Source: Octopus bimaculoides (Eukaryota). From it: DNA of 36,763 nt. The notes below the pieces were generated by a model. That model did no database searches. It had not been told where the DNA came from and saw nothing but the letters and a program-made list of their open reading frames with translations. Location: assembly GCF_001194135.2 (NCBI RefSeq), contig NC_068992.1:20012987-20049749 (forward strand), in the 5' to 3' direction. The first letter of the stretch is position 1. Each line of letters starts with the position of its first letter. Below, piece after piece: positions 22,236-34,420 of this stretch. The translations under genes were made by a program, and so were the position numbers.

Positions 22236-22464
22236 CAATACCAAAATGTATGAAAACAAAGATGACTTCTGTAGTAGTTAAATTCAGGACGAAAATAGCC
22301 AACAGCAATGCTGCGAGGAAGTTTATCGGCCGGCCTAGCATAACTGCTAGCTCACTACCCAGAAAGCTATCTACTAATTTAGGAGCAAAACTAGTACTTT
22401 TTTGTGTAAAGTATTGGTGAGTATCATTGTTCTCACTATAGGATAAAGTCTTTACTTTAACGTC
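22236..22464 (-). CDS. Candidate internal coding exon encoding a hydrophobic (transmembrane-like) segment; product unidentified
   Basis: Strong acceptor TTTGTTTTTTATCATTTGCAG| at 22465 and donor ATTG|GTAAAT at 22235 (alternative donor at 22241). Open frame DVKVKTLSY...LGRPINFLAALLLAIFVLNLTTTEVIFVFIHFGI, with G-rich first codon positions. No homology check was possible. Confidence 0.4.
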
Positions 22465-23594
22465 CTGCAAATGATAAAAAACAAATGTAAGTGGTCGTGA
22501 TATGAGCCCAAAAATAAAGTAACGGAGAATTGACTAGACTCGTTTACCTAACGTTGTACAGACGATTCTATCGATGTAGTATAGATGACATGTCTTTCGC
22601 CTGCCTACATCTGTTTCGATATTGCATGAACTCTGGTATTTTAGTTTCATTCTTGATTAAACCTAGGTGAGATTTGATCATGCAAAACGATGATCGAAAC
22701 TTCACGAATGTCCACCCCGTTTTTTTTTATTTCTAAAATTATATTTTCAGTACGCACACACACACACGCAGGAACACACATACACACGCGTACAAAATGA
22801 ATATATGTATGGATACATACACACAAAAACGCATACACCCACGCGCACAGACACATAGGTCCACAAACACACACACACACACACATACACACACATTTCC
22901 TTACCTACTTTGTTGTAACTTTTTCCTTTCAGGAGAGCGACTAGAGTTGAAAGTTCATTTTCAGGTGGCCTGTAATCGATGAGATTCTTGTAAATGTTCT
23001 TTTTTATTACAACCAGAATATTATTAAAATTTAATCACAGAATACTCCAATAGTAACAACTGAACTAACTTTACACTGGCAACATTCTTCGGCAATGTAC
23101 TTCTATAAAACGCTTCGGCTGCGGACAATGTGTGGACATTTCTCATCAAATAACTCACAATTTAGATTTAGTTAAAGGTAGACACGATTAAATCTTCGTA
23201 GATACAATAAAGATAACAAGCAATGGATTCGACGTCTGACACATTACGTTAACAAAATGCTGTCAACCTCTTGTATAAATCTTCACCATAATGCTGATTG
23301 CCAATCGTAAAATGTCCAATAAATACATAGCTCTCATGATATGTTTGACATATGCAAACACCTTAAACCTGACCCCATTATGGAAAGTAAGTCTTAAATT
23401 TCTCTTTCAGTGATGAGTTATTACTCAAGAAGCAAAGTTTGTTAAGATTATTAACCTCATCTTTTGTCATTTTATCTACACAGCATCATCATTGTTAATG
23501 TTTCAAAAAGCCTAAGCCTATATAGATAATTGTCCCATGATCGTTATAACACACATTCTCTCATACATCAATCTATGAGAATTATAGTGTATAA

Positions 23595-23726
23595 ATACAT
23601 ATACACGTGTGTGTGTGTATATATATATGTCTATATATATATACATGCATGTGTATATATATATAGATATATTATACATATACTCTACTTTACACATATA
23701 TACATGCATATGTAAGTGTATGTGTG

Positions 23727-23762
<36 letters not shown>

Positions 23763-23815
23763 NNNNNNNNNNATATATATATATATATATATATATATAT
23801 CTGTGTGTGGGTGTG
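23595..23815. repeat. (TA)n/(TG)n microsatellite with a 10-N gap
   Basis: Directly visible. Confidence 0.9.
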
Positions 23816-24140
23816 TATGCATCTTAATGTATGTATATATATCCCTTTTCTGTACAGTCCTTTTCGGGAAGTGTGTTTCACAAAGGACAGGAAATTATTA
23901 GAAGCTAGGTTTGGCCATTTACCACTTTCTGTGTTTATTAAAATTGTTCCAGTTTGTAAATCCATTTTTTCAGGTTTCCCTTCGTGTGCAGATCAAATTT
24001 CTGAACGGACACGCAGACTTAAGTTCGTCCAATGTAAGTGGTCGAACAAATAAAGTCCTTATTTATTATCAATTTTTAGAATTCTTCTAAATAGTAGAAT
24101 ACTTCTAAACAGTTTCCATCTACCCAATCCAGGAAAAGTT

Positions 24141-24248
24141 CATTGGTCGGCCGCGGTTATAGTAAAAATTAGTAGTCCAAGATGCTGCATCATGGGGCTG
24201 AACCCGAAGCCACTCGATCGTATAGTAGGCTTGTGAACCACACATCCA
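24141..24248 (-). mobile_element. SINE family A head fragment, diverged
   Basis: TTGGTCGGCCGCGG.TATAGTA..CCAAGATGC..GGGGCTGAACCCG..ACCACACATCCA parallels 290-396. Confidence 0.7.
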
Positions 24249-24579
24249 AGTTTGTTACTGTTTCGTGTTCATTTTCTTTTATTCTACACTTCATATAACA
24301 TAGTGTAACGTTAATGTTCACAGAAGTGTATTGCATTCAGTTCAATCTAACACAGATTTTGTCTCTTTGCCCTTGCCGTTGCAGGTCTCAATGTCTGCAA
24401 AATGTTTGGATTTTAAAAGGTTATCTATTGGCAACATATGTATTTGCAAGTGTAGCTGTTATTTGTTCTCGTTTGAAAGTAGGCAGTAGATTAATAGAAA
24501 GGTTAGGGCGGCAGACAAAATATCAAGTCGCTCCAATTTAGGTTTCTTTATGTTGCGAGTTGAAACCTAATTGAGCAGC

Positions 24580-24581
<2 letters not shown>

Positions 24582-24621
<40 letters not shown>

Positions 24622-24700
24622 GGAGAGAGAGGGGAGAGATAGAAAGAGAGGCTGAATAGAGCGACTGAGATAGAGAGACAGAGAGAGGGAGAGAGAAATA
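24582..24700. repeat. (TA)n plus degenerate (GA)n microsatellite
   Basis: Directly visible. Confidence 0.9.
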
Positions 24701-25307
24701 CATTCACACACAGATGTAGATAAAGATAGTAGTGAAGTCTATTTTCAATGAAGTTATGTATGCTTCACAGATGAATGCGAAACATTGTGCTTCTCACAAT
24801 AAATCCCTTTCTCTAAACAGAGGAAACTGGTCGTGTCTGTATGTGCTTCTGGGCAATTGAACATAGAGCTGCAGCAACTAAAATTGTCAGAACACAGGCC
24901 TCTATAAACTGTTGGTCCTACGCATGAAAGTGTTATTTCATATTTTACTTTATCTGGATGACTTGTGTCTATAGATTGTGTGTAATGTCATAGTATGAAA
25001 GGCACTGCTTTGATTACTAATTTAATCCCACTCCGGGCTCTGATTGAGAAAGTTAATGACCAAAGTGGTTCCAGCCATAAGTCATAACATTTTGTCGACT
25101 AAGATGGCATTTTACAACTGTCCCTCCTCTTCACGAATTTAGATGAATATGATTCAAGTGAAAAATAGCAACTGTTCTCACAAGTAGAACAACAATATCG
25201 GAGTCACGTTTGTACCATCATTTACTTTTGGAGAGATAGTGATGTTATGTTATGTACGAGTGCTATGAGTCAAGAAGGTTCCCATCTAGCTTTGTAACGT
25301 ATACATT

Positions 25308-25518
25308 CGAGGGAGTGCTGAAAAGTTCTTGGTTTTAAGAGTATCATGAAAGTCCTGGTTGAAGGCCCAAACTCCCCAGTTCTATTACAGGGATTAGAAA
25401 AAAACCGAAGAATCGCTGTGTGGTTCTGAGAGGAGAATACGTTAAATACAATCATAATTATCTGATCATCCTGTATTTTCCTTTACCCAAAACCAGGAAC
25501 TTTTCACCTCTACCCTCG
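25308..25518. mobile_element. Mariner-type MITE (about 211 bp)
   Basis: Imperfect TIRs of about 27 bp, CGAGGGAGTGCTGAAAAGTTCTTGGTT and AACCAGGAACTTTTCACCTCTACCCTCG. No coding capacity. The flanking TA sites are degraded. Confidence 0.75.
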
Positions 25519-26939
25519 TGTATATAATTATATATATAGTCATTGTATACTATAATTCCCAGTATTGAACGTGAATGTGTAAATGTGAGAGGACGAATGC
25601 TTGATTGTACAGATATTTACATCACGAATATGATGCACCAGATTTTATATCACATTTTGGCACCTTCGATATATACAATTTAGCATAACCACGCATCTAC
25701 CCACTGCTTTTCAGTAATATTTGATAGAGAGCAATAACGGGAAATTTCATGGCATAAACTCTAACTATAAGTCATGTTTGTCGTTTACTCCGCAATTCTG
25801 ATTCTATAGGGTAGACACTTGATCACATAATTTGAATGTTAGGTGATCATTCGCTTTCAATTATTTATAATTTTCCTCTGCGTTGCTGAGAGTGGGGAAC
25901 GTTGGTAATTTAGATAACTCATTTAGATTATTTTCAGTGCTAGGTTTCTGGGTGCCTTATATAGAAACCGAGTAATTATACGTTAGTATCTGAGAATAGT
26001 GAGGCGGGAACTTAACTGCAATGTCATTTACGTCGGCTGGTGGGTGAGATGGAAATCATCGAGAAATATTTGTGGATCGCACTTATGTGAATGAAAAAGT
26101 GAGTTAGAAGGAATTTATTTGTATTAGATCGTTAATTAAGTTACAGATTAGCATACATAAGGGACCGAGCAAACGTAATTAAAACTGCAACAATTAACGA
26201 CTGAAGTCTCTTTCAAATCAAACTGCATCGTCTCCATTGACACATGTTATTGTAAACGACAAGCAATATTAGAATAAGAAATGTATGTTATTATTTCCTA
26301 TAGCACAATGAAGGAAGCTACTGAACGTGCTGTTAAATTAAGATAGATTGGTTATGAAACTAGTAAAAATGACATGGTAACCCAACACGTATCATTAATA
26401 ACATTTACATGTATAACGCTATGATTGATACGAACATATTTGTGATATATTTACATCATTAGTGCATTTATCAATGCATAATTCCTTAACTGAAATCCTA
26501 GACCATATATTAAAACCAGATATCTAACCAAACGATTCTTCCATTACTGAACGTTGTACTATTAGAGGAAATGGTAGAAGATACATTTAAAACGAATAAA
26601 TACAATGTGCAAATGACAGGCGTACTAAATCCACATTGTATAGCAAAGTTCCAGGAGAATATAAAAACATGCAGGGTTACAACTAAACATGTACATACAC
26701 AGAAACCGGAAATAGATAACCTTAACGTTCAAGGTAGGAAACGGAGATTAAAGAAGAGCACTTTTCTTCATCAATCTTCTTGAATGTGTTTGTTTCTTCA
26801 AAAATAACGCGAGTACACCGAGTTGAAGCAAAACAACGCAACGTAAACTTATGATGTCAAAATAAACATTTAAAAGAAAATCAACAACGAATATGAAAAA
26901 GAATAGTTTGTTTTTTCATGAACTCTTTTGTTCTCTTCA

Positions 26940-27470
26940 CTTCTTTCTTTCTCTCTCTCTATCTCTCTCTTTCTCTCTCTCTCTCTCAATCTCTTTCTTC
27001 ATGTACACACGCATATACAGACAAACACACGCACACATGTACGCACATATATGTATTGACATATATTCATTAATATATGTATATGCATGTACATACAAGT
27101 GTGTATGCATATCTATCTATTTGTATATACATATACGCACATATGTATATATANNNNNNNNNNNNNNNNNNNNNNNNNNNNNNNNNNNNNNNNNNNNNNN
27201 NNNNNNNNNNNNNNNNNTATATATATATATATATATATATATACATACATACATACAATCGCACGTACACACACAGTTGCTTTACTCATGCACACATGTG
27301 TATATATATAAATGTATAAAGTGAACGAAAGAGGAGACAGATACAGATGCACACACATAAATGCATATAGGTACACACATATATATATATACACATATTA
27401 TATGCGTATGCATTTGTGCGTGTGAGTGTGCGTGTGTGTCTGTGTGTCTCTGTCTGTCTGCATCTCACTC
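26940..27470. repeat. Compound CT/CA/TA/TG low-complexity tract with the gap 27154-27217
   Basis: Directly visible. Confidence 0.9.
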
Positions 27471-27634
27471 TGTCTTTTCTTTACAAGAGATGATGTCGAT
27501 AACATGGAAGTAAAAAGAAAAAAAAACTGTAACAAAATTATAAATAGAAACAGAGAAAAAACCCCCAGATAAAACAAGACAAATCAAAATTCGAAAAAAA
27601 ACAAGCAAACAAAACGGAACAACTACAAAACATC

Positions 27635-27640
27635 AACATC

Positions 27641-27674
<34 letters not shown>

Positions 27675-27675
27675 G
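27635..27675. repeat. (CAA)n microsatellite
   Basis: Directly visible. Confidence 0.9.
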
Positions 27676-28289
27676 CATAACATCAGAATATAGTTGTTTT
27701 TAAGTAATTCTTTGAACAATAAGATTTATTCCACACCTGTTCACACATAGTGTAAATATTAAAGTGATTTATTTCTCTCTGGTGCGACTTCGAAAACTCA
27801 AAAGATGGAAAGAATAATGCTTTTTTAAAAATATCTTACATCTTTTATATATTCTTATTTTTCTTGCCCTCTGTGAGAATCTATTTATGCAGCGTTTTTT
27901 TTTGTATTTACTCGATGAGATTTGCTGAATTTTATTTATTTATAAATATATATTTCTATTTATTTATTTATTTATTTACTTATTATCCAGTATTTCTGAG
28001 GTGTTGAATTTTCGTTTTTGTTTAGTTTTTTTCATTTGCTAGGTTTACGTTTTTCTAAAATAATAATCAGTCATTTTGTTTTTTCTTTTTCTTTATTTTT
28101 CATGTATGTTTTTTAGTCGCTTTTGCTTTGATGTTATTTTCGTTTGCCTTTTGTTTTTCGGGGTTTTTATTTTTATATTTTTTATATCGCAGTTGATCAT
28201 TTTATTTAATTGTACGTTGTTGTAAAACAGATTTAAAAGGTCTGATATTTTGCGGAAGGAAGCTATATAAACCGCCCCCTCCTCCTTCA

Positions 28290-28915
28290 GAAAAGGCACC
28301 AGCACTGCTAGCGCCACCTCCTCCCCTTCCCAACTTTTATTCCCCTACTCCTCCTCCTTCTCCTCCTCCTCCTGATTATCATCATCATACTTGTCTCCGT
28401 CACAATCACTTTCTTGGAGGTTCTCACACTACTCACATTCCCTTCCCCTCCACCTTCTCCTCTTTCTTCTCCTCATCCTCCACCTCCTCCTTTCCTCCAT
28501 CTTCTCTACCTGCTTCCAACCCCCACTTCCTCCTTTCCTCCGCCTTCCATTCACGGCCTCCACTTCCAGCAATTTTCTCTTCCGTCTTCTCACCTTCCTC
28601 TTCTTCCACCTGCCTTATCCTCCTCCCCCTCCAACTTCCCCTTATTTTCTTCCTCTTCCCTTCCACCACTTCTCCTTCCTTCCTCCACTTCCCTTCCCCC
28701 TCCTCTTCCACTTCCTACGTTTTCTCTTCCCTCCACCTCTTCTTTTTCCTCCTCCTTTTCCCTACCTCCTCCTTTACCCTTTCCTCTACTTCTTCCCTTC
28801 CTCCCTCCTGCTCTTTTCTTCTTCGTCTTCCTATACTCCACTCCTTCCCTTCCTCCACCTCTTGCCTTATCTAACCTCTTCCCCTTCTCCTCCCCTTTCT
28901 CCTCTCCTTATGACC
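28290..28915. repeat. About 620-bp degenerate (CCT/CTT)n homopyrimidine tract
   Basis: The plus strand is almost entirely C and T. Confidence 0.9.
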
Positions 28916-29293
28916 GTCATCTTCATTATCATAGTCGTCGCTATCAACGTCTTGAAACGTTCGCATCACGACTGTGAACCTTTTCTTTACACGACAGTTC
29001 GATTTTTTATTGCATGCTCTCCAAGATTCCTATCAGTCACAGATTTGTTATCTTCCTTGACAAAAATCATTTTATAAGCAAGTAGTACTGAAATTCATTC
29101 TACTGTTGGCTTCCGTTCACGAGCTTCTTCTATAGACAACCTAGACACACGAAGTCTAATCTGCAGCTACCCCTCATACAAACTGGATCATGCCGCATTT
29201 AGATCCTAATTTTGCAGCATTATAGTCACAAAACTGTCAGTACAAAGACCAAAATAAATTTTATCGTATTCGCTCTGCATCAACGCACAACAT

Positions 29294-29321
29294 GAAGCAT
29301 CACGACTGTTATTAACTCTAC

Positions 29322-29371
<50 letters not shown>

Positions 29372-29414
29372 NNNNNNNNNNGAAGCATCACGACTGTTAT
29401 TAACTCTACATAAC

Positions 29415-29465
<51 letters not shown>
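29294..29465. repeat. (AC)n microsatellite with a 31-bp flank repeated across a 10-N gap
   Basis: GAAGCATCACGACTGTTATTAACTCTACATA occurs at 29294 and 29382. Confidence 0.9.
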
Positions 29466-29468
<3 letters not shown>

Positions 29469-29529
29469 CCAAATATACATATATATAATAGAATGAATAA
29501 TATACGATGGATAATTGGCAGTTCATTGA

Positions 29530-29708
29530 GCTGACAATTATCCATCGTTCGCAATTATTTATTTGATAATACTACGCGAAGGAGGTCGATATTGCCTTTC
29601 ATACTTTTAGGGACGATAAATTGAGTACCACTTGCGTTCTGGGCTCCAGCTAATCGACTGGCCCCTCCCACAAAATTCGTGCCTTGTGCTTAGAGTAGAC
29701 AAGAATAA
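29530..29708 (+). mobile_element. SINE family B; clear 3' part, degraded head, B-box missing
   Basis: GAGGTCGATATTGCCTTTCAT..GATAAATTGAGTACCA..CTAATCGACTGGCCCCTCCCC..CCTTGTGCTTAGAGTAGACAAGAAT. Confidence 0.8.
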
Positions 29709-29951
29709 TACAAGAAGAAGATTCACGAATTGTCGGACACCTTACTAACAACATACTATTCAGCCTAGCGTGAGCTTTGGTCCAACTCCTATGCACTAAA
29801 TATTCATGGGTTTTGTTTTTTGTCTGAGTACACAACAGGAATATCCTATTTCTTATTTTCCAACCAGAGGCCGGAACCACTGATTTTTTCAAACCCTACC
29901 TGGTGCCTATCTTTTTAGGTACCTGACTCTCTCTGAACCCTTATTGTACAC

Positions 29952-29993
29952 AACCATGTGGTTGTAAAGCAAGCTTCTTACCACACACCCACT
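29952..29993 (-). mobile_element. SINE family A head fragment
   Basis: AACCATGTGGTTG.AAAGCAAGCTTCTTACCACACA parallels 357-396. Confidence 0.7.
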
Positions 29994-30019
29994 ACCCCCC
30001 CTCTCTATCTCTGTATATA

Positions 30020-30093
30020 TATATTCATGTGAATATAAACATTTCTATCTTTATATTCACATCAGAGTATACTATACTAACTCTGATGTGAAT
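30020..30093. repeat. Pair of related inverted repeats
   Basis: TATATTCA-TG-TGAATATA (30020-30037) and ATTCACATCAGAGT-11 nt-ACTCTGATGTGAAT (30055-30093). Confidence 0.9.
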
Positions 30094-32216
30094 TTGTAAG
30101 GCAGTTATTCATTAGCTATTTTTGAACTGTTTTGTATTTGGATGGTTAACTGTAAAGAACGGCTATAAAAACGTCTCGAAATATTTAAGGCAGCTTATTG
30201 GCAGAGTTATTGTGCGAAGATACCTCGTGGTATTTACACCTTTCGGTGTACATGATTTTGAAAGTTACTGAAGACAATTTCGATCATCTTCCTTCCGGGT
30301 TTGATAATACAACGTATTATTACAAGGTAATGCATCTCGTTAGCCGTTAGAAAACCGGACAGGATGACTTTCATCTTTTGGTTGGTCACTTCTCGTTCTG
30401 ATTTCACTGAGTATACACATGATACGTCCGTCGATGTTTAACACCAACACCTATTCATTGCGTGCCTTTGGCAAACTGCTGTTCATTTATGTTTCAAGTT
30501 GAGGATGTATTTCAGTCTTCCTCCAGTCCTGGAACAAAAGTGTATTGCTATGGACGCTCTACTTCTCTCGCCGAATGAACCATAAAGCAAACTTTACGTT
30601 CATTCATGTTATGAAGGTAAATTTGTCGCGGTTTATCTTTGCCAATAGAGTATTGTGAAATACATTAATATATTTTCTAGCATTTTTATAATGGTGTAGA
30701 TCCTTTTATAGAAGTAAAAATAATAAAGGATGGACATGACATCTACCAAACCAATACCGTGGTCGATATAATTGACTGCAGCACCACCATAATATTTTAG
30801 TTTATGAATACTTTCGAAATCCGTATTGTGAGTTCACGACTATCAAAGGTTGAATGAGTCCTTTGAAAGTTTATGAAACCAAGGAACTGTTATAATTAAG
30901 TAGGTACTAGAAACTAGAATTGATCTAGCTTCAGTTGATTCTAACCATCTTTTTAACCATCTTTTCAATAAAATCAGTCCTTGCACAGAGGCCATTATAG
31001 TTAAAGGAGACAGTTTATATGTGTGAAAATATGTCCTGCGACTTATCAAAAATCATTTAGTATTCCTTTAACAAGAATTAATTAATTTTTTCCCGCTATA
31101 ATGAAGTTAATTACAAGCAATCCATACATTCTATGCACTTTATTGGCAGAAAGAAAATGAAAAGAAAATGAAAAGAAAATGTAAATAAAAAAACGATATC
31201 TTATTTTTCCCTTAAACAAATTCGATTAATATCAAGAAACCATCTATAAATTGTAAAATAGAACTTCACATAATATGGAAAACATGAAAAGAGTTATATT
31301 GATTCGTTGAGGGTACTAAATGATTTTTGTTCTATTTTTCCTTTACATGCTGTTACAAACGCTTACGTAAGTCCTACACAGCCTTGAATGATATTCCTCT
31401 GATATATTTAATGCTTCTATGCAAATACACACATGGTTACACACATACAGACATATATAGACATATATATGCATGTCTATACATGCTCACATTTAAATAT
31501 ACACATGAGTGTATGCATGCATGTATATAGTTCATATGAATAGGTTGAACATATACACATACATAGACATATTCATATGTGAGCACATCTACACACACAT
31601 ATATATAAATATGTATATATATTCATACATATGAGTATAAATATCTGCATATATCTATAACATAATAAGCAACCTTCTAAAAGGAAGGCAAACTGGTGTG
31701 TAATTGGAAATAGGGAGAGACTTGACTTTAATGCAATAGTGAAGATGATGAGAATATGAATCGTGCGAGATAGTGACTTGGAATAAAGGAGAGACTCAGA
31801 GAAAAAGAACAGGCAACCATAATGATAGAGAAAGGTAGAAGTAAAAATGTGAGGCTGTGAATATGATTCATTAAAAGATTTTAACGTAAGATGTGAAGGG
31901 TATATTGAAAATACATAAAGGAAAGAATAAAGAACTGTTGACTGAGTCATGTAAACGTTGATTATGATTGCAGTAGATGTAAGAAGAAAATAAATAGATA
32001 TAAAAATATTTGAATGATATAAAAGAAGATTGTGTGTATCCAGATTTGTAAAATTAGGGGGAAATAACGTTGTAGAGGACAAGAAAAAATGTTCAAAGTA
32101 CGATAGTGAAAGTAGATCGTAGGAGTTATAGCGAATGAAAGAGGGACTTGAGAGCCACATGCAAGAGATGAGAGAATGAAACAGAGATAGAGTGGAAATG
32201 ATGATACAGTGCTTTA

Positions 32217-32217
<1 letters not shown>

Positions 32218-32249
<32 letters not shown>

Positions 32250-32763
32250 NNNNNNNNNNNNNNNNNNNNNNNNNNNNNNNNNNNNNNNNNNNNNNNNNNN
32301 NNNNNNNNNNNNNNNNNNNNNNNNNNNNNNNNNNNNNNNNNNNNNNNNNNNNNNNNNNNNNNNNNNNNNNNNNNNNNNNNNNNNNNNNNNNNNNNNNNNN
32401 NNNNNNNNNNNNNNNNNNNNNNNNNNNNNNNNNNNNNNNNNNNNNNNNNNNNNNNNNNNNNNNNNNNNNNNNNNNNNNNNNNNNNNNNNNNNNNNNNNNN
32501 NNNNNNNNNNNNNNNNNNNNNNNNNNNNNNNNNNNNNNNNNNNNNNNNNNNNNNNNNNNNNNNNNNNNNNNNNNNNNNNNNNNNNNNNNNNNNNNNNNNN
32601 NNNNNNNNNNNNNNNNNNNNNNNNNNNNNNNNNNNNNNNNNNNNNNNNNNNNNNNNNNNNNNNNNNNNNNNNNNNNNNNNNNNNNNNNNNNNNNNNNNNN
32701 NNNNNNNNNNNNNNNNNNNNNNNNNNNNNNNNNNNNNNNNNNNNNNNNNNNNNNNNNNNNNNN

Positions 32764-32846
<83 letters not shown>

Positions 32847-32880
32847 CGTGTGTGTATCTGCGCTCATAAACACACACATA
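32218..32880. other. (TA)n-flanked assembly gap (32250-32763) followed by (TA)n(TG)n
   Basis: Directly visible. Confidence 0.95.
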
Positions 32881-33330
32881 CATATATTTAGGAATAAAGT
32901 GTAAATTACATTAAGTGTAATAAACAATATATGTAATATTTAAACATGTATACATACAAGAAGAACAAGAAAATAAACCCATCATAAATTAGAATTAGCC
33001 ACGTAAATGATTTAAATCAACATTAAGTGATCGAAGGAAGTTTAATTAATAACATCAAAGATTTGTTAAATAACTAATTTAGAAGAACATAATACGATAT
33101 TTCTACTAGTTTCCTCACCACTTTATTCTTTTGTTTATTTTTCTTTTCTATTAAAATGTTTTTCCTTTTTCCTTTTTCTTCCCACTATTTTTTTTTTAAA
33201 CTTTTCCGTCGTAATTATTGCTGCTTTTGATACACTAAGTGATGCTGGTGTCCTAAATGGTTTTCTGTTGATGCTGTGAACGTTGTCGTTATTTGGGCTC
33301 TTGAAAGGGTGTTTTATTTTATTTTACTTT

Positions 33331-33342
33331 GCCGCCATTTTG
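33331..33342 (-). promoter_or_regulatory. Exact YY1 consensus motif overlapping an ATG (CAAAATGGCGGC)
   Basis: The plus strand reads GCCGCCATTTTG. Function is unproven. Confidence 0.3.
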
Positions 33343-33587
33343 CGTAGATGTTTATATGCAAGTGTAAGTTTTAAAAGAGTTTGGAGCTGACACACATACC
33401 GGCACCATGTTGTATGATGCTCACAAAATCAGATAAAATAGACTGGATTGCGAGGCTTTCGTCCAACTGCGCGGGCATATTTCAATTTCATACTACTGGA
33501 TGAATTAAACACAAATTATTAATGAACACTAGCAGACGCACCTAGCTGAATCTATATATATAACACTTTCACTCGGTTAAAATTTAC

Positions 33588-33954
33588 AGGCATATCTGTG
33601 TAGTTAAGAGAGACAATTGCAACCACGTTGTTCCAGGTTCTAACCCACTAAACGGCAGTTGGGGCTACTGTCTACCACTATAACCCCCACGCTGACCGAT
33701 GCTTTGGAAGGAATTCGGTAGACAGAACGTATTGAGACCTCTCATATATGTAAGTGTGCGCGCGCGTGTGTGTATGTCGTTGCGTTTGCGTTTATCCCAC
33801 AATCAGCACATGATATGATATGTATAAACCGATACAATTAGTACCAGACTTAAAGCAAAATAACAAGTACGGGATCGATCTGTTCAATTAAATCCACCAA
33901 GGCATTGCCCCAGTATTACTGCAGTCCAATAATGGAAACAAGTCAAATTAAAAA
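33588..33954 (+). mobile_element. SINE family A, near full length and highly diverged
   Basis: Head CAACCACGTTGTTCCAGGTTCTAACCCAC, internal TG tract, and tail CGATCTGTTCAATTAAA..GGCATTGCCCCAGTA..GCAGTCCAATAATGGAAACAAGT; colinear with the reverse complement of 1-406. Confidence 0.75.
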
Positions 33955-34204
33955 GCAGAGAATACTCTTGTGCTGAACGTAAAAATGTCATAAACCTAAA
34001 GTCATAAATTTTGGGTCTCCACCTCTCAACGTATATCTTTTAACATCCTCACTATTTGCCTCCGGACAATTGTCTAGTTATCTATGTTACAGATCTTTTC
34101 AATTTAAATTGTTCTAATATCGCTGAGTGGTTAAATACATCGTATGCCATCCTACAAATCTTGATGATAATGGACTGCCAGTACTAGTTGATACAACCCA
34201 ACTT

Positions 34205-34420
34205 CTCCTCCTCTCCTCTTGTTGTCGTTCTTCTTCTTCTTCATCTTCTTCTTCTTCTTCTTCTTCTTCTTCTTCTTCTTCTTCTTCTTCTTCTTCTTCT
34301 TCTTCTTCTTCTTCTTCTCCGTCTTCTACTTCTTCTTCTCCGTCTTCTTCTTCTTCTTCTTCTTCTTCTTCTTCTTCTTCTTCTTCTTCTTTTTCTTCTT
34401 CTTCTTCTTCTTCTTCCTTT
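34205..34420. repeat. (CTT)n microsatellite
   Basis: Directly visible. Confidence 0.95.

Noticed and set aside
22180-22416. Plus-strand exon reading with AG and GTGAGT boundaries
   Set aside because: The peptide has no Asp or Glu in about 78 residues, and the acceptor lies in what looks like a SINE tail remnant; the minus-strand reading is more credible.
22647-22892. VSIIVLHDQISPRF resembling a cadherin linker
   Set aside because: Lacks DxNDN; the upstream part is (GT)n repeat.
28391-29077. 228-aa and 187-aa Pro/Leu/Ser-rich ORFs
   Set aside because: By-product of the C/T-only tract, which cannot contain stop codons.
29294-29415. Identical 31-bp duplication around an (AC)n tract
   Set aside because: It flanks a 10-N gap exactly; this is a typical unmerged contig overlap.
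30195-30318. Plus-strand segment ending TAC AAG|GTAATG
   Set aside because: Good donor but poor acceptor and no recognisable homology.
31573-32927. 436-aa and other long ORFs
   Set aside because: Mostly Ns and microsatellites; the remainder is open because of purine/pyrimidine strand skew.
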